IMG/VR virus record: IMGVR_UViG_3300007512_002491 | Source of the DNA: an uncultured virus (IMG/VR IMGVR_UViG_3300007512_002491) | Lineage: Duplodnaviria; Heunggongvirae; Uroviricota; Caudoviricetes | Length of the DNA: 64,000 bases | Direction: 5' to 3' (one strand) | In this document: positions 8,779 to 16,329 of the stretch, piece after piece | Position numbering within the stretch: the first letter of the stretch is position 1 | Layout: every line of letters starts with the position of its first letter | Made by a program: the position numbers and the translations under genes | The notes under the pieces: model-generated | What the model was told of the DNA's origin: nothing | The model's input: only the letters and a program-made list of their open reading frames with translations | Database searches by the model: none

Positions 8779-9513
8779 ATGCCTCAAAATATCAAAAAAT
8801 TGTTCGCTTTTGATTTTGATGATACGTTGGCTATCACCAACAGTATAATCGGAGTACAAAGAATTAATTCTAACAACGAATCAGATCCGCAATTTATGGA
8901 CTGGATTATCGATAACAATTTAGACTTTGAAGCTGTTGATGATCGAGAAACTTCGAGTGAAGTTGTTTGGTTCTCTTCAGAAGATTTTGCTAAATACGAA
9001 GAAAAAGCAAGAAAAGACCTAAATTTCTTAACAGCCAACGAACTAGAAGACAAGTTTGATTTTTCTAAAACAGCAAGCATTGATTTAGATACAGTTTCTC
9101 CCATAGACAATGTTTTGTCTATCGCGAAAAGCGCGCAAGGTATGCCCGGATCTATGCTAGTAATCATTACTGCTAGGTCTGGAACTTCAAACCTTCAATC
9201 GCTAGCTGGAAAAAATATAACCCCAACTAATCAAAAAGACATAGCTCAATTTTTATCTGATCAAGGACTAAGCATATCTAGCTCTGACATCAACACCGCG
9301 GGAGACAGTGGCGGTGGACCAGGAGCAAAAGCTAAAATAATGAGATCTTACATAGATCAGTATAACCCAGAAGAAGTTTATTTCTATGATGACAGCTCAG
9401 GAAACGTCAATGCTATTGCCGACCTTTGCAAAGATTATTTTCCTCACGTCAAAATCAAAACTTTTATAGTTGGTGAAGGTGGCAGCGTATCTTTAGCTAG
9501 AGAATGTTTCTAA
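8779..9513 (+). CDS. HAD-superfamily phosphatase-like protein (PNKP/RNA-repair HAD-like)
   Basis: FDFDDTL (motif I), ITAR (II), K (III), YFYDDS (IV); AAGGA SD. Confidence 0.75.
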   Translation: MPQNIKKLFAFDFDDTLAITNSIIGVQRINSNNESDPQFMDWIIDNNLDFEAVDDRETSSEVVWFSSEDFAKYEEKARKDLNFLTANELEDKFDFSKTASIDLDTVSPIDNVLSIAKSAQGMPGSMLVIITARSGTSNLQSLAGKNITPTNQKDIAQFLSDQGLSISSSDINTAGDSGGGPGAKAKIMRSYIDQYNPEEVYFYDDSSGNVNAIADLCKDYFPHVKIKTFIVGEGGSVSLARECF

Positions 9514-9770
9514 TTTACTATAGAAATTTCAGTAACGCTTAGATCTACATCGAAAATTAAAGTATCTCCAATCAAAACATCAGCTAAAAGCACATGGTTA
9601 AAAGAGTCAAATTTTTGTAATTTACATATTACTCCATAATCACCAGGCTCTATTAGAGCTGAATGGTATGTAAAAAGCTCCATTTGATTTTCTACATTTT
9701 TTAGTTTGTAGTCTGCTAAAGCTTGACCGTGGGCTGATTGCTCAAAAACAATAAGAGATCCTTCTTTCAT
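9510..9770 (-). CDS. hypothetical protein
   Basis: ORF overlapping the stop codon of the upstream gene by ATGA. Confidence 0.55.
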   Translation of the reverse strand: MKEGSLIVFEQSAHGQALADYKLKNVENQMELFTYHSALIEPGDYGVICKLQKFDSFNHVLLADVLIGDTLIFDVDLSVTEISIVN

Positions 9771-10576
9771 TTTTTTCTCATTTTCCCGATGCTTGGATGT
9801 GGGTGCGTTCCTACTTTTCTTTTTAATATTTTATCTCTTTTATTGTTTTTTTCAAAAAGAGTTTCTCCATTTTCGTATTTCTCTATAAGAGTTTTTATTG
9901 TGCTAGCATTTAAAACTGGTTTTTTCAAATAGCTTCTAACGTAAACTATTAAATTAGTCCTAGTGCTTAAATCTCCTTCAGATTCTCCCCAAGACCAAGA
10001 AACCATTGCTTTATGATCATGGATTTCAGATTTTATTTTTTTTATTTTGTTTTCTAGCATATCAATCTGCTCTTTAGGCGAAAGATCTAATTCAATATCT
10101 AAAGATTTCGATATCTCCAACAGAGCAATTCCGCTTGATGACGCTATTGCATCAGCAGCTGCAGCATATTTTTTTACTAAATCTTCTTTTTGCGATTCAG
10201 ATAAGTCGTCTCTAAATAAAACTTTGTCTGGATGCGTTTTTATCGCAATAGCTTTAAAAGCTTTTTTCATCCACGAAGGAGCAGAATTATTGTAAACTTC
10301 TCTTTCTTTTTCTTCAAAAGACTCTTTGCAAGATTGGGGGTTTTCAAGCTTAGCTTGAGGATCTTCTTTTTCTTCTCGGTTTATTATTGAAGTTTCTTCT
10401 GTTGGAGATTTAACAGATTCCCCGACCGCAAATTCTAGTTGTTGCAAAAAATCAGATAATTCTATATCATAAGCATGAAATAAATCTTTTATATCTTCAA
10501 GAGAGCTCTTCCAAAAATTCATTTCTGAATATTTTTGGCTAAGCTTTATTTTTTCTCTTTTGTTTGATGCTTTCAT
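9767..10576 (-). CDS. protein with internal J-domain-like segment (HPD motif)
   Basis: KKAFKAIAIKTHPDK. Start moved from 10606 to MKASNK at 10576, downstream of an ATACTTA motif. Confidence 0.6.
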   Translation of the reverse strand: MKASNKREKIKLSQKYSEMNFWKSSLEDIKDLFHAYDIELSDFLQQLEFAVGESVKSPTEETSIINREEKEDPQAKLENPQSCKESFEEKEREVYNNSAPSWMKKAFKAIAIKTHPDKVLFRDDLSESQKEDLVKKYAAAADAIASSSGIALLEISKSLDIELDLSPKEQIDMLENKIKKIKSEIHDHKAMVSWSWGESEGDLSTRTNLIVYVRSYLKKPVLNASTIKTLIEKYENGETLFEKNNKRDKILKRKVGTHPHPSIGKMRKK

Positions 10577-10615
10577 TGTATGACACTTGCTAATGCTAAG
10601 TATCACATTTTCGCT

Positions 10616-10894
10616 TTAAGCTTCAAAAATAGAGACGTTTCGAGAATCTAATTGAAAATTGTTTTCTTCTTCTTGGGGTTGCGAATTTTCAATTTCAGTA
10701 AACATAGATTCAATTTCCATGCCTAAAGAAGATAAAGACTTTTCTGCCGGTACAAGATTTCCAGACTCATCTAAAGAAAACTCTAGAGATCTCAAGTGGT
10801 CGACAATATCTGTGCCAGTAAGCATAGCAACCTGAACGAGCTTAGCAACGTGCGCGATTGCGTGATCTGTCATTTTATAATTATTTTCTGCCAT
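10616..10894 (-). CDS. hypothetical protein
   Basis: AGGAG SD; in series with neighbours. Confidence 0.65.
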   Translation of the reverse strand: MAENNYKMTDHAIAHVAKLVQVAMLTGTDIVDHLRSLEFSLDESGNLVPAEKSLSSLGMEIESMFTEIENSQPQEEENNFQLDSRNVSIFEA

Positions 10895-10903
10895 TTTATT
10901 CTC

Positions 10904-11710
10904 CTAAATTTGAATTTCTGGTACCCAGTGCGTCGTTCTTCCGTCTGGAGTTCGATATTTGATTACTTTGTTTCCGTGAGGATCAGTTTTCTGATTATAT
11001 ACTAAAAACTTCGAAGAGTAATCTCCAATTTCACCGTTAAAATTTTGATATGATTTAATTGTTGCTCCTCCGCTTTGGTAAGAAGCTCTAAGAACATTTT
11101 TTATAGAAGTGTTAAGCGAAACAAGCTTTTCATCATTTAACTCTGATACTGCGTTAGCTGGATTAATTTTAGCAAGCCAAAGAGATTCTGCTTTTACATA
11201 ATTTCCGACACCAGCTATTACGCTTTGATCCATGATAACTTTGCAAATGTTGTGCTTATTCTTTTTTCTTAAAGCTGAAATAAAAGTTGAGTCTTCTACG
11301 TCTTCTGAAAGCATGTCTGGTCCAAGAGACTGTAGTTTTTTTACTAGCTCAGATTTTCCCTTTACTAACTTAACAGTTCCAAAATTTCTAGTGTCGTTAA
11401 AATAAACTTGAGAGCCATCTAAAAAGCTAAATCTTATTCTAGAATGCTTTTGTTTTTCACCAGACCAAAATCCACTCATTCCCAACGTGTTCCAAAGAGA
11501 GTATTCTTTGAGCAAGATCCAATAAATAAATTTTCCATGCACGCCCACTCCAACGACGCCTACTGGCAATTCAGAAATTAAATCTGATAAACCGGAAGGC
11601 TCTTTCTTAGTATATCTGCCTCCTAAAATATCGATACCCACGATGGTCTTATTAGAGACTTCTCGAGCGAGAGACTCCCCAATCCTTTTACATTCTGGCC
11701 CTTCAGGCAT
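10904..11710 (-). CDS. Fpg/Nei-family DNA glycosylase/AP lyase, zincless-finger type
   Basis: N-terminal MPEGPE, HGKF, LGMSG, FNDTRNFG, H2TH DQSVIAGVGN, and C-terminal DGRTTHWVPEIQ with no Cys zinc finger. Confidence 0.92.
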   Translation of the reverse strand: MPEGPECKRIGESLAREVSNKTIVGIDILGGRYTKKEPSGLSDLISELPVGVVGVGVHGKFIYWILLKEYSLWNTLGMSGFWSGEKQKHSRIRFSFLDGSQVYFNDTRNFGTVKLVKGKSELVKKLQSLGPDMLSEDVEDSTFISALRKKNKHNICKVIMDQSVIAGVGNYVKAESLWLAKINPANAVSELNDEKLVSLNTSIKNVLRASYQSGGATIKSYQNFNGEIGDYSSKFLVYNQKTDPHGNKVIKYRTPDGRTTHWVPEIQI

Positions 11711-11718
11711 ATCTTCTC

Positions 11719-12528
11719 CTATCTTTCATATCCAAAACAATTAAAAGCCCAACTGCAAGTTTGAAAAACTTCCATCTTCGTATCTCTATTTAGATTTTGG
11801 CCTTCGCCGGGAGCACCCTTTCTTGGGCCGATATGGTTTGGATTAATTTTATTTTTATCTTGAATCTTTTTCCCAGCTTTAAAAGATAGAATTCTTTGAG
11901 CTTTAGATCTTTTTATATTTTTTTCTATCGATGTATCGTAAAGAACATTTTTGAACTCTTGATTTGTCAGTTTTTTATTTAAAAAGTCGCTCAAATATCT
12001 TATTCTTTGCTCTGGCTTATTCCAGACTTCTTCGTATTTTAAATACGTTATTTTTAAATCAGCGCGATAACCTAAGTTTTGAAACTGACTGACCTTTGTA
12101 AAGTTTTTTAAATCGCTCCAAATTTCTTTATTTTTTTCTTTAGAATACCACCCCAGCCTTTTCATAGAATGTGCTACATCATAAGGGTGCCTAACAGTTA
12201 TAATAATTTCGCTAAAATCATATAAAAGAGGGCAGCTATCCGCAAACCCGTGGGTTCTAACAACATGGCCATCGGTTAAAGAGTTTAAAATCTGCCAGGT
12301 AACAGTGTTTCCCGATCTTGGAATTCCTGCTAGCAAAGTTGTGATTTTTTTATCGCCATCGTAATATGGTAAAGCTGGGCGTATTGGAAGGGGATGAGCC
12401 TGGCAGAAACACTCAAATACATTCGGCAGATTTTTAAGATCATCGTAGCACGATCTTGTCTTTGGATTAATTACTTGGTCCCACCATAAACCTTTTCCAA
12501 GTAAGCGCTGGAATTCTTCATTCGTCAT
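11719..12528 (-). CDS. sulfotransferase-like protein
   Basis: GIPRSGNT (5'-PSB loop), VRHPYDVAHS (3'-PB), LKYEE. Start placed at MTNEE (12528) from promoter geometry. Confidence 0.7.
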   Translation of the reverse strand: MTNEEFQRLLGKGLWWDQVINPKTRSCYDDLKNLPNVFECFCQAHPLPIRPALPYYDGDKKITTLLAGIPRSGNTVTWQILNSLTDGHVVRTHGFADSCPLLYDFSEIIITVRHPYDVAHSMKRLGWYSKEKNKEIWSDLKNFTKVSQFQNLGYRADLKITYLKYEEVWNKPEQRIRYLSDFLNKKLTNQEFKNVLYDTSIEKNIKRSKAQRILSFKAGKKIQDKNKINPNHIGPRKGAPGEGQNLNRDTKMEVFQTCSWAFNCFGYER

Positions 12529-12563
12529 TATTTGATTATAACACAATCAAATAATCTTTACAT
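12527..12563 (-). promoter_or_regulatory. sigma70-like leaderless promoter overlapped by an 11-bp perfect inverted repeat
   Basis: ATGTAA-17 nt-TATAAT-6 nt-ATG. Inverted repeat attatttgatt 12527-12537 / aatcaaataat 12545-12555. Confidence 0.65.
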
Positions 12564-12878
12564 AAATTTCATTGCCCAAGCGAAAAACGCCATGCCAAAC
12601 TGCACAACCGCAAAGATTGTAACTGCTTTCGTTTTAAACTGTTTGAGATCATCTACTTCTTTGAGTACAGTTTGTAATTGAGATGGGGAAGCAACTTCAT
12701 CGACTTTTTCTTTCCACGCTCGAAGCTCGTCAACTCGGTCTTCGCGTTCTCTCATTCTAGCAATCTCTTGTTTGAGCTCTTGAATTTCAGAATTTAAAGA
12801 TTGTATGCTTGACGCTAAGGTTTCAAGCTCTTTAAGAACTAAACGAGAATATTCGCTCCAGCCATCTTGATCAGACAT
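12558..12878 (-). CDS. coiled-coil protein with C-terminal transmembrane helix
   Basis: Heptad-like region followed by AVTIFAVVQFGMAFFAWAM. Confidence 0.6.
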   Translation of the reverse strand: MSDQDGWSEYSRLVLKELETLASSIQSLNSEIQELKQEIARMREREDRVDELRAWKEKVDEVASPSQLQTVLKEVDDLKQFKTKAVTIFAVVQFGMAFFAWAMKFM

Positions 12879-13110
12879 TGTTGTTTTCCTTGAAGTAATG
12901 TAATATTTCTCTCAATTTTAAAGAACAATCTTTTTTAGCTGTTGTTTCATCGTCAAGCATGTCTTGAAGTTCTTGCAATCCACTTATAACATAGTCTCTT
13001 ACTTCAAAAGCTTTTTTCCATTCATCGTCATTTTTACAGAGCTTTTCTCTTAAAGTTCTTAACTTTAATATCGATTCAGAGACTTCAATGCACTTATTAG
13101 AACTAGACAT
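12871..13110 (-). CDS. hypothetical protein
   Basis: ORF preceded by the late motif at 13135-13141. Confidence 0.55.
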   Translation of the reverse strand: MSSSNKCIEVSESILKLRTLREKLCKNDDEWKKAFEVRDYVISGLQELQDMLDDETTAKKDCSLKLREILHYFKENNNV

Positions 13111-13155
13111 AAACGCTCACTGGGTTAACGTCTATAAATATAATACGTTCTTCTA

Positions 13156-13338
13156 TTAATCTATGTTCTCTTCTTGATATTCGAGAACTTTTTGATACAT
13201 GTTTTTATCAGCATTAAACTTTAGTCTATAATGCGAGTACTCATTAAAATAAATTATGGTTTCTGGGAGCTCATCAGCAATAGGATCTTTTTTTTTAAAT
13301 TTTATTTTTAAAAAATTCCAAATTTTTAGAAAAAACAT
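13156..13338 (-). CDS. hypothetical protein
   Basis: Short ORF preceded by the late motif at 13355-13361. Confidence 0.5.
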   Translation of the reverse strand: MFFLKIWNFLKIKFKKKDPIADELPETIIYFNEYSHYRLKFNADKNMYQKVLEYQEENID

Positions 13339-13372
13339 CTCTTCACCACTTCTATAAGTATAGAAGATTTAA

Positions 13373-13591
13373 TCATTGTTCTCCAGATATTTCAGACCCC
13401 AAAAGCTTTACTGTTAAAATTATTTCAGCTAATTTTTTATCATAATACATCATCATGATGTCTTGTTTTATAACGGAATCCATCTCTTCTTCAGAAATTC
13501 GTATTTCTCCACCCTCACGCTTAACCAAAGCTGTAATAAGCGTGAAAAGCATTTGCTTGTCATTAAGGGTAGATCTGTCATTTTCATTCAT
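13373..13591 (-). CDS. hypothetical protein
   Basis: Start likely MNEND at 13591, overlapping the end of thyX. Confidence 0.55.
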   Translation of the reverse strand: MNENDRSTLNDKQMLFTLITALVKREGGEIRISEEEMDSVIKQDIMMMYYDKKLAEIILTVKLLGSEISGEQ

Positions 13592-14300
13592 GAGTTTTGC
13601 CCCTAGTTTCTCTGTAACAATTAATAGTAATTGGCCACAGAGTTTCAGCAATATCTAAACAAGCTTCAGCGACTTTTTGAATTTCCCACTGAGCACCATC
13701 ATGCGTTCTAAGCTCAACAAATTTAAGCAAATTATTTAGATCGACAGTACCATAGTATTCTGTGTACATGTTTTGCGGGAGTATTCCTCTGGCTTGTTCT
13801 CGGCAAACACCAGATTCAATCAATAAATTAAAAAGTTCTAGTGAAGTATTTCGAAGTCCGACTGATGCCTCCGCAGCTGTCATCTTATATTTGCCGCCGC
13901 CCAAATTTAACTCTGGATTGATTAATTCTTTTGTATTAGACGCTTGTCGATTTGATTCATGCTGAGTTCTAAAAGATTTTGGTTCATAAAATCTAATATC
14001 TACATCCGTGTATCTGCGAGAGATCTCATTATAGGACCAAGTTCTATGACGATGATGCTGAGACCTAACGTAAAGAGGAACAGTAAAACGAAACGTAACA
14101 ATATTGTGTTCCATCGTTGAGGTGTGCTTGTGTTCCATAAGGTACTTAATAAGTTTTTCATCTCTTTTATCCATTGTCATTTTTTGCTTGCCAAATGATA
14201 CGCGAGCGCTGTTGACAATAGTAAGATCGGAACCCATGTGGTCGACATAATCTACAGAGCCAATGCCGTCTCCATAAAGCTCTATTGATTTATTTTCCAT
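13584..14300 (-). CDS. thyX: flavin-dependent thymidylate synthase
   Basis: NSARVS, HTSTMEH, RHRTWSYNEISRRY (RHRx7S), REQARGILP, HDGAQWEI. Start at MENKS after a GAGG SD. Confidence 0.95.
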   Translation of the reverse strand: MENKSIELYGDGIGSVDYVDHMGSDLTIVNSARVSFGKQKMTMDKRDEKLIKYLMEHKHTSTMEHNIVTFRFTVPLYVRSQHHRHRTWSYNEISRRYTDVDIRFYEPKSFRTQHESNRQASNTKELINPELNLGGGKYKMTAAEASVGLRNTSLELFNLLIESGVCREQARGILPQNMYTEYYGTVDLNNLLKFVELRTHDGAQWEIQKVAEACLDIAETLWPITINCYRETRGKTHE

Positions 14301-14706
14301 CTTTATTTCCTCTTTCAATGGGCCGAGCGAATTTTTGGTGAATATGGGGAGGGATAGGCACAGCCTCTCCATCACCATCGATTCTAACAAAAACCATCTG
14401 ACATTTACAAACTGGTTTTTGCGTTCCGTTATAAATACTGTGTCTCCTAGCTTCTACTTCTATCGTCAAAGACGTTTTTCCAACTTTTAAAATCTTTCCA
14501 TAAATCTTAATAAGCTGGCCTGGCCTGACAGGGCTTTGAAAGTTTACTTCTGAAATATGTTTCGTAACAATTTTTCCCGTCTCTGTAAACTCAGCCGATA
14601 AAGCAGCTCCTGCTTCGTCGAGCCAAGCTAAAAGCTTACCTCCAAAAAGATTTCCATGAAATCCAACGTCGCTAGTTTTACACAGATGCGTAGAAACTAA
14701 ACTCAT
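14290..14706 (-). CDS. hotdog-fold acyl-CoA thioesterase (YciA-like)
   Basis: HGNLFGGKLLAWLDE, VGKTSL, MVFVRID. Confidence 0.88.
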   Translation of the reverse strand: MSLVSTHLCKTSDVGFHGNLFGGKLLAWLDEAGAALSAEFTETGKIVTKHISEVNFQSPVRPGQLIKIYGKILKVGKTSLTIEVEARRHSIYNGTQKPVCKCQMVFVRIDGDGEAVPIPPHIHQKFARPIERGNKDGK

Positions 14707-14737
14707 CGTTCTCCAGCGATTTTTTATGTTTGCCATT

Positions 14738-15673
14738 TTAGTCGTCCAAACAATACTTTGGAGAATTTATAACATCTTGAAGAAGAGAGGGAAGGTCTAA
14801 GCCAGCGCAGTCTATTTTGTTTCTAGTAAAATTATAATGATTACAAAAACCAGCGAACTTACCCTTTGAAACATCTTTGTGGACCCCAGTTTCAATATAT
14901 CCATCAGAATTTTTTGGATATTCTAGAGGAACACCAAGTCCAAGGTGAACAGCTTTCCACAGAGCTTTAAGCGCTTCGAGTTGAACTGGATAAAAATCGG
15001 TGAACGGGTCTAGAGTTCTGCCGTGTACGTAACCGTGTTCTTGAATTGGTCTTTCTCCGAATCCATTTTTAACATACCAGTTTTGGTATTTTGTGTAATA
15101 AGCATTGCTTATCTCTACGCCAATCCCTTGTTTGTTTCCATAAACGTTTCCAGCGTGCCAAGCTCCGTGTTGAGTGTCCAAAATTTGGTATATTGTTCCA
15201 TCGTTATCAATGCAAAAATGTACGGAAACCCCTCTTTTGTTAAGAACTTTTACGCACGACTCAGAAGAAAGGCATACATCCCAATGATTCACGAAATGTG
15301 AGGGATTTCTATCTGGTTTGCCACCATAATCGTAATATGTACCTGGCTTCATTTTTAATCCACCCTCATCAGACCATAACACGACTTTATCCCACTCTAT
15401 GTGGATTGGCTTACTGTTGTGAATGATAAAATTACGATCTTTTGCTTTATGATGATAAGGTATATAGTTTCCTATTTCAGCGTCTCTTTCTGTCCAGATT
15501 CTTCTATACGTCGCTGGTCCACAAAGCCCGTCGGCTGTTAAGCCCCTTTCTTTTTGCCAAGCTCGAATTGCTTTAACTAGATCTTCATCATGATATTTCG
15601 CGTTGAACCAATCTGGTTTCCAACCCAAAGAATCTGCTGAGCTCTTGTTATAAAAAACTTTGTCTATAGCCAT
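14738..15673 (-). CDS. N-acetylmuramoyl-L-alanine amidase (endolysin) with N-terminal peptidoglycan-binding domain
   Basis: AIRAWQKERGLTADGLCGPAT (PG-binding), then SVHFCID, AWHAG, GIGVEI, NH...KIDC (Amidase_2-like). Confidence 0.85.
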   Translation of the reverse strand: MAIDKVFYNKSSADSLGWKPDWFNAKYHDEDLVKAIRAWQKERGLTADGLCGPATYRRIWTERDAEIGNYIPYHHKAKDRNFIIHNSKPIHIEWDKVVLWSDEGGLKMKPGTYYDYGGKPDRNPSHFVNHWDVCLSSESCVKVLNKRGVSVHFCIDNDGTIYQILDTQHGAWHAGNVYGNKQGIGVEISNAYYTKYQNWYVKNGFGERPIQEHGYVHGRTLDPFTDFYPVQLEALKALWKAVHLGLGVPLEYPKNSDGYIETGVHKDVSKGKFAGFCNHYNFTRNKIDCAGLDLPSLLQDVINSPKYCLDD

Positions 15674-15687
15674 TTTGTAGCTCCTAT

Positions 15688-16290
15688 CTACTCAAAATCT
15701 AAGTCTACATTTACTTTAACGTGTAAAACCGGAACTCTGACGTGATTTGCTAGCCCGTGCTTTTTAGCTTCATTAGCGTCTAAGAACCAATCGGCGTGCT
15801 TTTTCTTGTCTACAAGCTTCATGAAATAATCGTCTTTTTTACCACAGTTTTGTGCCATCATTTTATACACAATTTGATTTAATCGATCTGCTTCCATTGC
15901 TCCAGCTTTTAATTCTTCAACCTTACCCATATCCATAGAAGAAACGTCATGAATCATTACTGTTGCATCAGCATCCATAAACCTATAGCCGGCTGTACCG
16001 AAAGAAAACAATATAGCACCGCACGACATAGCCTTGCCCTCAACTATTGTGGCTACAGGAAGCTCAGAGTTTTTAATAGCGCTAATCATAGACATTAAAC
16101 TATATACTTGCCCTCCGTAAGAATCTATTACTACTGGAATAACTTTTTGGCCAGTGTTATGAGCTTGCGCTACTTCCTGACTAAACTTTTTAGCTGCTTC
16201 TTCATCGAACTTATTTACTCGAATAATAATCGGGTTTTTTCTCAATTCAAATTCTTTAACTAATGGAGATATTTTCGTAATCCACTTCAT
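15688..16290 (-). CDS. clpP: ClpP-family protease subunit
   Basis: IDSYGG, GKAMSCG (catalytic Ser), VMIHD (His), DWFLDANEA. Confidence 0.9.
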   Translation of the reverse strand: MKWITKISPLVKEFELRKNPIIIRVNKFDEEAAKKFSQEVAQAHNTGQKVIPVVIDSYGGQVYSLMSMISAIKNSELPVATIVEGKAMSCGAILFSFGTAGYRFMDADATVMIHDVSSMDMGKVEELKAGAMEADRLNQIVYKMMAQNCGKKDDYFMKLVDKKKHADWFLDANEAKKHGLANHVRVPVLHVKVNVDLDFE

Positions 16291-16329
16291 TTCTCTTCTC
16301 TACTTTTATAAATTTTATCCGTTACAGAT

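Noticed and set aside
8784..9167. 127-aa - strand ORF overlapping the + strand HAD gene
   Set aside because: The + strand frame has all four HAD motifs, an SD and a promoter motif; the - frame has none.
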